A model generated the notes under the pieces. That model was not told the DNA's origin. It did not search any database and worked only from the letters and a program-made list of their open reading frames with translations. A stretch of DNA of 64,000 nucleotides from NCBI GenBank assembly GCA_965645245.1, contig OZ287073.1:1178001-1242000 (forward strand). Reading direction: 5' to 3'. The position numbers and the translations under genes are program-made. Each line of letters opens with the position of its first letter. Position 1 is the first letter of the stretch. The stretch is from Massalongia carnosa (taxonomy: Eukaryota). Of this stretch, positions 48,879 to 61,772 are shown in pieces.

Positions 48879-51352
48879 TCATTCCATTGGCAATAGAATT
48901 CTTGAAGAGAATTTCAATTCGAGACTGTAGATGTCATTATGATCGAACTTGGCGGCTTGACGAGCTTTGAGATGTTCTTCTGTGGCAAACTTAGTCCACA
49001 CGATGAGTCTCAAAGCGAAGTTGGACGTCAGCCGTAAGTAACTTACTAGTAAGGCGAACTGTGTCAAGCCATTCAGTGAGTAAAGCATCGTCTTTGTCAT
49101 TGGCTTCCAAAATTCCAGTTTCTAGATTTGGGTGCGCTTTGAGGACAATCTTACGCATTTTAAACAGCTTAGAAAGGAAGTCAGAGAAATTATCGCCTTG
49201 CTGAGAGTAAAGATCCAGGGGTATTTCAAGAGGCCACTAGAAATTTATCAACGGCCTAATGCGCCAATCCATCCTTGGAGCTTGACTTACCTTTGCACAC
49301 CGCCTTGGACTATTGAATGTCATAAAATACCAGCTCATTTTCTCAACACAGGCAAGGAGGATCACACCAATCAGCAGTGTCTCGAGCCCCTGACATTTCT
49401 CTCGACGCTCCAAGCATCTTTCGAGTTCATTCATGACGCTCTTCGAGAGAACTGATGCTAAAGTCTCTGCAGCGGCTTGCACTTGAGCATGAGCGAGGAT
49501 ATACATTTGTGGATAATCTGTTTCATTCATAGGACCGCTTTGACGTGCTGGGGTTCTGGTACCAGGATTGCGAGTGCCTGGTGGAGGTAGCAGCCAGAGG
49601 CGTAGATGCATTTCGGATACAATGATCTGGGTCAAAGTCCACAGTTCTAAAACTCGAGCTAAAAGTTTTTCCTATCGAGATCTGTCAATATTCGAAAGAA
49701 TTAAGTACTGGTGCAAATCCGCTCACTTTATTGTTCAGACTAGTCTTCATTGCAACTAGCAGAGTAGACCGCATAAAAGCAGAACGTTCCTTAGACATAA
49801 TTATGGGTCCCATAATTTCGACGTATTGCTGTAGTTGTCCGGTTGAAATGTATTTCCTTTCCCCTGAAAGTTGGATGCCTCTCGAATGGTTGTTCTCGTG
49901 TAGTGCCATGCCACGGCCCGGATCTAGATTCAATTCCATGGGGAATACTGCTAATGCAGCATCCTTCATCGCAAATTCATAGTCTATATCGTATGATACC
50001 TCAATGGAACAAGGGAAAAAACTTGAGTCTAATTGACTCAGAGCAGCATTCGTGATATTTGTAGCCAGAACCGCATGGAGATCTGCTAGCCTTTAGCCAT
50101 GCATTTAAAAATACGGAAATATCGAGCTTACTCGTGAAGTATAGATCAAACTCTTTGGAGATGTTCGTCCTTATACAGCCCAATTTCCAAACGCGCGCGC
50201 TCACAACCGCCGCGCAGGTTTTGCACGGACTATCGCCACTGCACTGATATATGTAAGCTAATCTGCAATCCACAGTATAATGCGTAAAATAGCTACCGTC
50301 TTCCTCAACATTCGACAGCGTATACATGCACCCTTTTGTCTTATCCTCTGTATTTCCTGTCGTCTAAAGTCGGTGAATCTCCGCCGAACCCTTAGAGTCG
50401 GCCCCTGAGTTCCTACATGGTTCAAAGATACAGTTTTCGGTGCTCCTGTAGCATGGATTGCAATCGATCGAGGACGGACCAATGTTTTGGTTGTTGTTTC
50501 CACTAAGGGTTGCCGTTCACTGCTCGTGTCCTCGCTCTTCGCTAAAGGAGGTAGATAGTCAGAATCTGGAGGATTAAGTGTTTGACTCGAAGACTCCATG
50601 GCAAGCGCGGCGTTGGCTGCAGCCCCCTTTCCAGTGAAGGTTTTAAGGCTGTCCCCAGACGCTGCACTCATTGGAACCTGAATGAAATTCTCGGCAGTGC
50701 TTGCAATTGCAAGAGGATTCTCATGCGGGTAGAGCGAGGTAGGGGATATATGTAAGCTTTGGGAGGCATTGTTCATGCTTTGACTGAATGCTGTAGGTTT
50801 TTCAGTCAAAATAAGACGGATCAATTACATGGTTTATAACCCCGATCGACAAGAGGATTATAACATACCTACTCCTAAATGGTCTCTAGGGTGATTGTAC
50901 ACCAGCCTTTCGTACATAGAAATGCCTTCCAGGTTCGGATCAATAAAGTCGTCACGCTCCGCCGAAGTCTCACTCTCGCTAGGCTGTTCTATCTGCCTGC
51001 TGGCCTCAGCAAGAGCCTCCAAGCCAGTAAATTTTCGTCTTCCGCCGACGCGCAGCTTCCGTGCATGCTGATGCTGGGTACGATTGAAAATGCTACGAGG
51101 TCCAGTAACAGCTGCATTAATGCTAGCCCTGAACTCTGATGACTCTTGTTGCTGTGATAAAACGCGTCGGCGTTCGGCAGAGGATATGGAGCGACAGCGC
51201 TTGTTCATATGGCTCAATAGAGTCTCAATTCGACCTTTGGGAAATGTCTCTCCACACGCCTTACACGTTTGCACGTAACGATTGCTTCCATTGTTAAGTT
51301 TCAAGCCACGGTCGAAGAACTCCACGACCAGCTGGTTTTGTTTTCTACCCAT
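48879..51352 (-). CDS. Zn(II)2Cys6 transcription factor with N-terminal C2HC/BED-like finger
   Basis: Exon 1 MGRKQNQLVVEFFDRG..NRY..TCKACGETFPKGR...H...RC. Zinc cluster ACIRCRMLRKT/CSGDSPCKTC is split by an intron. Downstream exons splice in frame to the stop at 48879. Confidence 0.82.
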
Positions 51353-51871
51353 AATCCGGTAAGATTATGTGATGTGGATCGTTTCGGCATATCTATCACG
51401 CTCAATCAGTCACGAAGTTCGGATATATTTTCTTTTGCTCGTCTCCGTGTTTTCATACATTTCATACATACGATGCTACAGCTGAAGATGCAGCGGTTCT
51501 GATTCGCCGGTCATTGGTCGAATTTCTAGGTTAACCAATACTGAGAGTAAAATTTTCTTTCAATCTATTCACTAGTGTCTGAAATGGGTGTTGAAGCTCA
51601 CCAGTCTGTTTTTTGTCTCAACTAGAGAAGCGTGCTGATTCACAGCAAAGGACATTTCCAGTTCTACGATGAATACTTTATAACACTGGGCGAAAGGTCG
51701 AAACCATGTGAGGTGATCTACTTAAGCGTTCAAAGCCTGAATCCTGCTACCCAGAAGGACGAAGAACCAACCCTGTAACAGGAGACACGGATGAGCTACT
51801 CATGTTGAAAAATGCTGTCACTTTACGCTATCGCAACATTTCATCGTGAACACGCAGCCAAAAATAAAAAC

Positions 51872-54235
51872 CTAGCAAATCCTATGCTCCGGTGGCCTCC
51901 ATGGAACTCCTAGTAGCTCAAATATTTTCTTCTCGCATCTTCCCTCCACAAGGGACCCTTGCGTTATTCTCGTTCGCTTCTCCCCTCGGAGTACATCACG
52001 CCACAGTCCACGCTGATTAAGACGCATGCCTTTCTTACTCGCTAGAAGCCGAATACTTCTATTAAAAATATCATTGCCAGTGAAATAAATTAAAGCGGCA
52101 CCCATTTCCTCCTGCGGCACCAGCAGGAAATCAATTCGTCGCCATATAGGAGATCCAGGAAGAGCAGCGGCGCCATGCCACTTGGTACCATCCTTTCGTG
52201 AGGTAGCAGCGAGAGATGCCTTTATATAACTATTCTCCTTCAATTCCGGAAGAAACCTCTCGAAAACAATGTGATGCAATGTTTCGAGGGAGCAATCTGG
52301 CCTAGTAATGATGAAATCTACATCGCCCGAGTCAACAGCTCCTCGACGGTAGGAACCCCCAATAGTGACCTCAATCCGCTCATCTATTTTGTGAATAATT
52401 CTTCGCACGAGTGCGCCATGCAATTCGACTTCTTTGCGAGGAATACGAGCCAAGAAGTCATCGTAATGTTCAACGCCCACTAACTGATTTTTGGTTAGGC
52501 GCGCTTTGCTGATGAGGTCTTCCAATGTGCGAAAGCCCTGATCAATCCACGCACTGGCCTGAGAGTAGCCTACCCCGAAAATCTTTAGGTACATCGACAG
52601 CATTCGGTCATTTGGTTCTAGACGAGTATTATCTAACCGCCTCAACCGGTCGGTCCAAACTATTTCCTCGATCTTTGCTGCAAGCTTTTTTCCTACAAAA
52701 GGAATTGCAAGAGCTTCTTTCTCGGTCGATACTCTATGGTGGATTTTTCGCAGAGCAGCGATGGCCTTTCTATATGCAATCGTTCGCCAATGGTCATTGA
52801 TGCCGTCATAGTACTCGCACATTTGCTGTAATACTTGGATGGTTCGCAAATTGGGGTTTGCCATCTGATCTATACCATCGTGTTTGTGCATGCAACTAAA
52901 ATTTTCCTGCCATGACTTGTCATGGGAATATCTCTTAATCTTCGATGTGTTCTCATCATCTTCACTATAGCATCCATCAGAGTCATCATCAACCATGCTT
53001 GAAGGTAAGCTTTCGTCTTCCTCGAAATCCAGTGGCTAAAGCGCTTGTCAGCCAAAAAAAAAATAAGGATGAACCTTTGCAAGTATACCAGATCCTTCAC
53101 TGCTTTGGCTTCTCTTATGGCTTGATCTAGTGCATCTTCGGCAATATTTTCGCATTGCCTGAATGCTAGCTCTGAAATTTTCTTGTTAAACGGCACATCT
53201 GCTCTAAAGATTTTAGTCGAGCTAGGTGCTGACTCGACTATAGGAGCTTCCTGGATTTGGTGGTAGGGCTTCTTCTTGTTAAATTTTGAGGTAGATCCAT
53301 CAACATGCTTTCCTACCGGCTTGTCACTTCGCACCCTTGACGGCGGCGCATCATTTACCTGAGGGGGAAGTGGAGTGTTTTCAGCTAAGGTACGCTGATA
53401 ACCCTTCACATAATACTGGAATTGGTTAGGGTTCACAATAACATGATATGACATACAGTCGGCTGTATAGTTCTCGGTGACAAGAGTCATTTCAGACTAA
53501 CTGCAGTCAGCATGTTCATCCTCCATCTGGCCCTCAAGAAGTATATACCGGCAAAGAAGGCAACCTGAGGAAGGTGAGAACATCTTGATAATCTAAATTA
53601 TTATCCACAATAACGTGGGTAATGCCTGTTCTCCATTCCCTTGCCCAAAGGGCTCCGCGCTCAAGCGCTTTTCTAATTCGAAATCTGCGCGATGGTGCAA
53701 TATCATTACTTGGAATGAAGTCTGCATGGAGTATATTAGCAAAAAACCGAAGGTTCTCATAAGTAGCGAACACCCTACAAAACACCAACCCCTTAAATAT
53801 CTGCTGAGACTCTGAAATGACTTCAAGCGACTGGCCTCGTTTCCTCTTGCCCTTATTCGTCGGCGCTTTTTTAGATGAAGTAGTATTGAAGCCCCGGGAA
53901 AGCATGACTGGACTTTTTATAGCACCTTGGTCATGGATACTCCTATTGACAATAAGAATGGGAGAAGATTGGGTTGTATCCTTAGAAGGCGCATTTGACG
54001 AAGTCAAAGGTAAAGGTGCTGAGATGGTACGCGCAATTGGATAGTTCATCCGCGAAGGACAGGTGGGTTTTTGCTGAACCAAACATGAGGATAGACTTGA
54101 GGTTTTACTTTGTCTCACCATTACACTTATATCGCTGATATCCTCGGATTCATCGTCGGGGTCGTCCAACTGGTAAAGCGCTTTGAAAAGGGCCACTTTT
54201 TGAAATTTTTTCTCCTCCATTTGATCTCCAAACAT
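51872..54235 (-). CDS. POL4: Family X DNA polymerase (Pol lambda/Pol4) with BRCT domain
   Basis: BRCT (IFKGLVF..RIRKALERGA..ITHVIVD), lyase DHWRTIAYRKAI, GGSYRRGAVDSGDVD, RRIDFL, YFTGNDIFNRSIRLLA and LGVPWRPPEHR. Confidence 0.93.
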
Positions 54236-54320
54236 ATTTGTGCCGGATTATACATGCATGATCCGGTGATTGAGTATACTGTGAGAGTTTAGGTCAATTC
54301 ATAGGCAGACCCGCTAGATC

Positions 54321-55005
54321 TTGCCTCAGTACCTCAGACGTGCCCGGCTAAGCCCCTTCGGGTTAGCCTTACAGAACGTTAAGCCCCTTCGGGTTAACAG
54401 GCTGACTACGCAGCACATCTGTAGCAAGTCTGAGCCCAAAACTCAAGATTACGGTCAGATATGGCTTAACGATCATGACAAGAACGATTTCGACCTTATA
54501 GAACAACGTCACAACTTCATTGTTTTCATGTTTGTAACGTCGTCGTCGTCGCTTGATATGATCATGATCAATGTATTTTTGATTTTTTCGTTATAAATTT
54601 CAATCTTTATTTATGTTTATAACGTGCAGAGCAATTTTACATACATCTTGTTATTTTCGTTAAGTCGATTCTTGATTTCTATGCGAAGTGCAATCAGATT
54701 GCCCCACATGAACTTTACAACGAACAGGAATTTCAGGAAACTTTCTATACAAATTCTACTTGAATTCTTTCGAAGAAATAGCCCGTGTCAAGCAAAAAAG
54801 CAAGACGTCAAAATGTCGAAAAATCGCAATAATACACGATTTATTACGAATATCTGACCGTAATATTTAGTTTTGCGCTCAGACGTGCTATCGCAGCCAC
54901 GTTAGTCAGCTGGGACGCTAATCCGAAGGAGCTTAGCGAAATAGGCTAACCCGGAGGGGCTTAGACGGCTCCTAGAGCCCACGCACGTCTGAGGTACTGA
55001 GGCAA
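54321..55005. mobile_element. Non-autonomous TIR element (MITE-like, 685 bp) with target-site duplication
   Basis: Perfect 23-bp TIR TTGCCTCAGTACCTCAGACGTGC, extending imperfectly to ~140 bp (54321-54461 vs 54851-55005). The direct repeat GCTAGATC flanks both sides (54313-20 and 55006-13). Confidence 0.88.
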
Positions 55006-57591
55006 GCTAGATCCCAACATGTAAAGCACACGATGTCACGTGGCCTAGAACTCGTGAGGAATTCTTTATTATCATTGATCATCATATGAATACTTATCTA
55101 CAACCCGCCAACCTTGCATTGAGAGTATGTATCACAAATTACAACTCGTTTAGATTATCTCTGGAACAAGAGTGTTCGAGCTTCCCTACCAAGCGTCTTC
55201 TTTATGGGAGGATTGTGTGATTTTTGAATTTTGAAGAAATGTCCCGAAACTGATGAAGCTCTGAAAAACGTACGTCGAGGATCAATACCTATGCCCCTGA
55301 GAGGTGTATATTGCTTTCAACTTTCCATTTCTTTCGATAGTCCTCATATGCAGTTTTAATGTCTATTCATGTCTATTCTTTATTATCGTTTTTAATCTAC
55401 TATGTTCTCGAAAGATTGAATATGCTGGTAGAATCTTTATGCTAGTTATCCGGATAAATTAAGTGTGCTCTGTCTGTGTATACAAATGGTGCCTATATCT
55501 ACTCCTATAGTGCTTCGCCTATAGAATTTTAGCTTATACTGATCCTCAAACTCATCGAGACTGAGGTTGGAAGTTTTTTCTTGCGTTTACGATGACTGTT
55601 TTGTTATGCGACCTTCCAACCTGGGTCTTACTGATGATTACTCGCCTGGCTCTTTTCCACGAAAAGATTATTCATCGCAGACTTCAAAATTACGTTTGGC
55701 CACACAAGGTAGATATAGTATCCCTACTAATGGTCGGTAGGGAGTTTTTCCTATCAGAATTGCAGAGCTCTATAGAGAAAACAACTCTCGCTTGGCCCTT
55801 GCCATTGCCCATGAAAAGACGGATACTCCTCTGCAAGATTATATTCCACGTCAAGGCAGCCTAAACTTCCCAACGAAATATTTGAGGTACCTTAGACATG
55901 TTATTGTGAGGCTGCGTGCCTTGTCTTATGATAGCTTAATGCTATCTAAGGTAAAGATAGGGGCTGAGAAACTGCTCGTCTACAAAATGCTCATGTGCCT
56001 TACTAGGCATAGCGCACGGCTTCAAATTTTTACTCTTGAACGTGATTATTTAGGATGGCTGGACGAGCCAGTGCCACACAATTGCATCAAAATTTTACGT
56101 CATCATGCTCAGAAGATTGGCCTCAAAACCTACTCCGCGTTTTCTCGTCATGACTCAGATATTTAGGGGATCACAAATTTCGCGGAGACCTTAGACTCGA
56201 GGATATTTTGAGCTCGAGCCACTGGCGCAGACGTTAGAGCTCGTTATTGTCCGTGATACTTTCAACTTAATCCACCTAGTCCACGTGTAGAGGAGGGAAT
56301 GGCTCATGTGTTGCTCAGGGCCCACGAAATAGAGCGGCCTCCGAAGCCGCAAGCCCGCTCCCGGGAGCAATAATAAAGTCTATGATAGGGATCTGACCGT
56401 AAGCTCTTTTTCTAGTCCGAATGTACAAAATATTGAACCTACAGATTCTGTAGTTGCCCTTCTCCTCATTAACAACCCGGCAAGGATCTCCTGAAATACT
56501 GGCGAAGGCAATCTTGCACCATTTTCCAGAAAGGGCCACACCTCAATGGAACTGGGCTTATGCGCAAGCTTGAGGCGTCTTTGGAAAGGATGATCGTATA
56601 TCCCACACAGCCAGGTGCACAATAGAAGAAGAACTACCAACGCCATAAGTAAAACATGTCAATCCCTAGGCTAAGAATGAACATTGTGCATTGGAGGAAG
56701 GTTTTCAACGCGTAGAAAAGCAGCCAACTACTCTGATGTCATTACTTTGAGTTTTGCCCGGCGTACCCGCTATGTTTTTCTGAGGCTAAAAGGCCTGGAA
56801 AAGGATTGAAGAACGCGAAGAAGACAGAGAAAGGAAGAGTACAGAGGCAGAAGAGAAAATTCATAGAAAGACTCGCCGGTGCTCGGCTATGACCATTCAG
56901 TTATAGTAACCGTCCGTTTTGTGCAGTCAACTCGTTGCTCCCTGACCCTCAGACTTGGTTTTGCGTCCGGTCTCGGTGAGAAAGAGCGATGTCATTTAAT
57001 TTTTATTTATTGCTATAAAGATAGGAAAATCCTTAAGATAAACTTCAGAACATGTACCGGTGCTGCCCACGGAGCGAAATTGATTATTGCTGTTGAAAGT
57101 TCACACTATAATAGTCCATAATGATATTAGTAGGTGGATAGATTTAGGTGGAACCCCGAAGGGCTAGGTCTATTTGATGGTTAATTGCAGGAACACCCTG
57201 GGAACAATGAAGAGAAGCTAGGTTCATACCAGAGCAGAAGAAGTAAACAAAAAAGTATACCCTGGGTATATCATCCATCTGTTCGATTGTGTATTGTGTT
57301 GCCATAGAAGAAAATACTCATCTTAAGAAATAAAAACAATATTTCTCTCAAGGGTAATTGAATCAACAACTTTACCTCCTATCGAGCTTTCCTTACCTAC
57401 CCTCCATCGTCCATGTTCTTAGCGATATTACCCCTAAAGGAGTACGGAGTTATCAATAAAACAACATGAACACGGATAAAGAAGGATGATCGTATCGTGA
57501 GGCGAGGAGAAAACTGTTGCCTTAATGGATAACCTACCCACGGGAGGTATACGGTTATGGTTCTAGTAAAAGCAAGTCCATACCACTAACA

Positions 57592-57663
57592 TCCCTTGTA
57601 GTTAAGTGGTAAAACCCCCCGCTTCGGACGGAAAGCATGTAGGTTCGAGTCTCACGTTGTGCT
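57592..57663 (+). pseudogene. tRNA-like relic (anticodon TCG, Arg-like) or tRNA-derived SINE head
   Basis: A-box TAGTTAAGTGG and B-box GGTTCGAGTC at tRNA spacing, anticodon loop CTTCGGA and TTTT shortly after. The acceptor stem does not pair and the other stems are imperfect. Confidence 0.5.
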
Positions 57664-60617
57664 AATTTTCTTCCTAGATCAGAGACTACAACCTGCTGGG
57701 ATATTGTGAGCCTTACATATCAAGTAATATCCTAAGCGGGTTGGAACTCTTTTTGCCTAATGGATCGATTTCTAATTTTTCCTACCTAGCTTGTCTGTCA
57801 GGTGAGGAGGTGGGAGGGCAAGATATAGGTATACGACCTTCCTCGATGTGCCCCATGCCTTGCCCTAAGCACTAATCAGCTACTAGCTCTAGCCGCCGGT
57901 TTGAGCCATAGGTATCTCAGTTGATGTTATCCTGGTCCATGATATAGTATATTAGGTACTTACGTATGTTATGTCAACTTGACAGCTTCACGACTATGGC
58001 ATCCAACTTCATGACCTCCATCTTCATTTTCGTCATCTTCAAAATAACCTCCCCTTTTACTATTTTCATCTTCCTAGCCTTCGTCTTCATAGCTCTCATC
58101 TTCATTCCAGCCAGGTCCTATAGCTGACCATAGAAAGTCATAGAGATGGGGTTTCTGGACGGAATGCTGTGATTAGTTGGTGGAGGAAGATTACTTTGAG
58201 TGTTAATAGGAGATGCCGACCTTAAGATGCGCAGTATGATTTCTTTCCCTCATCCTATCTATCTCTTGAGATTCTCTTGATTATTAGAACTACTTTCACA
58301 CGAAAAGATATTTTCGTTTGTTTGATACTTCATGGGAGTTAAATGCTGCGTCGGAATTACAAGGCCAGGAAAAAAGCACAAGCCCTGCCCAAGTTTAAAT
58401 TATCGTCTGAAGGGATGAAAAAATAGGACATATTTTAAAATCTCAAAAGATAAGACGAAAGGATACTTCACTTGATTACCACTTTCGATTTTTATGGTGT
58501 CCCTTACTTGCGAGTTTTAAATATTCTTCACCGTATAGAGCAGTTCCACGGCGCACACATAATTTTTCATGGAAGACTGAATAATGAATGCAACCACAAG
58601 TATTTCATGAAGCCATTGTTTTGTCCGGGCGGATTCTTGCGCACCTGAAGTATGTCGTTGCTGTCCCTGAGGTAAGGCTTGCACAAGCAGACTTCTCGAT
58701 CTCACATCTTTTGCTAGAGCGTGAATTGATATACTCGTTGTTGAAATGGGACCAGTGGAGCTTTTCGCTGGAAGGGGTTGTTGGACTGCCAAAAGTATTG
58801 AAATCCGAATTAATAGTCACTTTGGGATAGATATTTTAGACGAGTTATTGCAAACTCCAGTTAAAATGTACCCAGCCATGGGGAGTAAGTGGGATCGGCG
58901 AGGGCTCAATATTTCAGAACTGGATTTTGTTAGGACAATTAATAATGTTAGGATATATTTTCAAAGAATGTAGAAACGAGTGAAGAAGGCGAATTAGTTG
59001 GGGAGTTTTCCAGATGATGGAAATGGCTTCTGATATTCTTGAGTTAAATCTACATTTACTTCTTCATCTAGAAAAGACTATGTTCGACAAATGTAGGAAT
59101 GTTCCGTGAGGTCGGCACATTCAAGAGTACGTACACCGTACCTAGGATTAAAGAAACAGGGCTTGCGATGAGTCGTGCTGGACCTGCCATAGCTGGTGTG
59201 CGTGTTTTCATCAATGCAGGAGACGCGCCTTTCACCGATGTTTCTCAAGATTGATCTTTGAAATCAGTCGAGGTTGGCATATCCTCGGCGCTGAATGGCT
59301 TGGCGGTAAGTCTTGAAAGATCCTCGGACTCGGGCACGGCGGGTGATATACCTCTGCTCAGATATGTTTTGTGGCCGTATCCTGTAGAATTAATGCTTCT
59401 GTTGGAACAAAGGAGTGGGGTGGATCGCAAGCCCCATATAATGGGCTTATGATATTGTAAATTTTAGTATGTACACGCCAGATTGAAGGATGGTGCTCGG
59501 AAGGTATTACGATTATCGGATTATGCTAAGTTAAGATAGTCTCTCTGGCAAAAAAAAACAACAACTGAATGTGATGAAGAAAGAATCACTCAGCTCCTAG
59601 ATTGGATAGACTTGACAGAGTATGGCTGTATGCAACTAACGAATAATGTACAAGAAAAAACAATTCAGGCCAAAATCAACGAGCATTAGGTAGAGAATGA
59701 GACCATGAAGTCAGGAGGGAGAACTAAGAAAAATTAAAAAGGGGGCTTATAGTTTTGGACCGAAATTCTAGTGAAGATTCGGAGGCCCTGCTATCGACAC
59801 AGTGGGGGGAATACGTTGGAGATAATCGGTAGCTTCTACTTCTTGAGTGACTTCATTCTTGGAAGTTTCGAAGCATTCGTCCCGGAACTCCGACGACGTC
59901 ATTCTCAAAGTGCAAAACACTTAAAGCATCTAGGTATAGATACTCCTTAAAGCTGAGCCACAAGAACACATTCTTACCCACTCTCAAACAGTTGTTTTGC
60001 CAATGGGAGCGAGAAAACATCATAGTCACAAAGATCCTACACCGACTGGAAAGTACGCAATAAGCAAGCAAGTTTCGACATTTGAATCCGTAAGTCGCCA
60101 AGTCCTTTTTGGTTTGAGTTTTTCTAATGGCTGCCCATGGCACTTCTGTGGTCTCCGCCATGGAGGGACATGGAGGGGTAACTACAGAGAGCAGAGAATG
60201 GCAGACACAGTATATTTGACAGTACATAAACGCCGGAAGTGTCTCATACCCTAGAATTAGTGAAATGGAGAGGGTAGATTCGAACTCTCTGAGCTTCGAG
60301 GTGGGTCTAAGATCCTCCAGCCGCTGATCATTTGTTCATAGTTCAGTTATCTATCGTTGTAGATTCAAACCTATTGGCGTTGGTCCAATTGGTTGAATGG
60401 TATATAGTGGTATCGTTTTTTCAAGTTGAAATACGACATTCATCTCCATGGCGGCGCAATACTTCTAATGGTCGTCCGAGACTCGTTTTGAAGCTGTTTC
60501 TGCAGAAAGACAAAAGCTCGGAGGTCGGGAGGCTAAAGACTTCCGCCCTGGAGATCCTCGCTAGGCGACATAGTAGAACCACCCACGCCACCTTTCCGCA
60601 CCAAAACACCTTATACA

Positions 60618-61673
60618 ATGTTGAAGCCCTCCGTTTTTCTATCCAAACTACATAATCCATTATACAACAACTTCACATGCCTATCCTGTCGGCTCAAACC
60701 CCACCAACTCTGGCTGTCTCGCCATTTATCCACTCTCCCCCAACCCGAGCAGCCTGCAGACGATGACCGCATCCTGAAACCCCTCAGCCATCCCCTCGGC
60801 CAGCTTCACCCCCCGCAGCCCGGCGAGAACAGCGGCATTGATCCTCGTCCATGGAGCCAGCGCCGTGATGACTTCTTGAATTACGACAAGCACCTCCAAC
60901 GCCGGGAAGAACTGTTTTTCTCCCCCCACCTTTCCTCGATATTCGAATAACTATTAAGGAATGTAAGCTAATCACCCCTTTTACCTACTGTCCAAAACAG
61001 AAAAGCCACCATCTCTCAACCGTACTTCCGTGAATGGACCCGCCTCTCCCGCCACGGCGGCAAAACCTTCATTGCGCCCTCGCGCCTCCTCCGCCGCGAA
61101 AAAGCCCGCTACTTCCCCAATCTACGCGGGTACACACTTGCTGACCCTGGCGGAGGTCTGGCCGACACGACGAACGTGTTACGCGGCCGGATGTCGGTCG
61201 TGAGCGTCTTTAGCGGTAAGTGGGCGGACGATCAGACGAGGACGTTTTTGGGGGCGGTGAAGGATGAGCTCGGGGAAGGGCAAGCAGCTGTGCAGATGCT
61301 CGAGGTTAATGTGGAGGAGGACTGGATGAAGGCGTGGATTGTGCGGATGAGTGTGCACGGGTTGCGGCGGGAGAGGAGGCAGGAGGATTGGGGAAGATAT
61401 TTTGTTGTGAGAAGGGGGATGGAGGTGGCTGTAAGGCAAACTTTGGGAATGGCGAATGGCAAGGTAGGATATGTGTATTTGGTGGATGAGGGGTGTCGGA
61501 TCCGGTGGGCTGGATGCGGGGACGCAACGGAGGACGAGAGGGAGGGACTGAAGAAGGGGGTTAGGAAGTTGATTGAGGCTGGGAAAAGCAGAAAAGCAGA
61601 GGAGGCGGAGATGAGGCACCAGCCGCGGCTGAAAGTGAATGCTGTAGCGCTGCGGGTTGATGATGTAAGATAG
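60618..61673 (+). CDS. ATP10: Mitochondrial ATP synthase assembly factor Atp10
   Basis: PLG..PPQPGENSGID.R..QRRDDF.NYDKHL.RREEL, intron 60914-61000, then PYFREW, GKTFIAP, YFPNLRGYTL and KVGYVYLVD..CRIRWAGCG.A. Confidence 0.9.
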
Positions 61674-61772
61674 ATATGTGAGTAATATAAGATACCCAAA
61701 TCAAGCCGGCTTGAGGCTTTCCGCCTCGTATACAATCCCATGCGCCAACTTTAACCCACATCATGCTGGGTG

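Noticed and set aside
54321..54857. ORFs 54321-54596 and 54624-54857 inside the TIR element
   Set aside because: Non-ATG starts, no transposase motifs, and overlap with the TIR and AT-rich filler.
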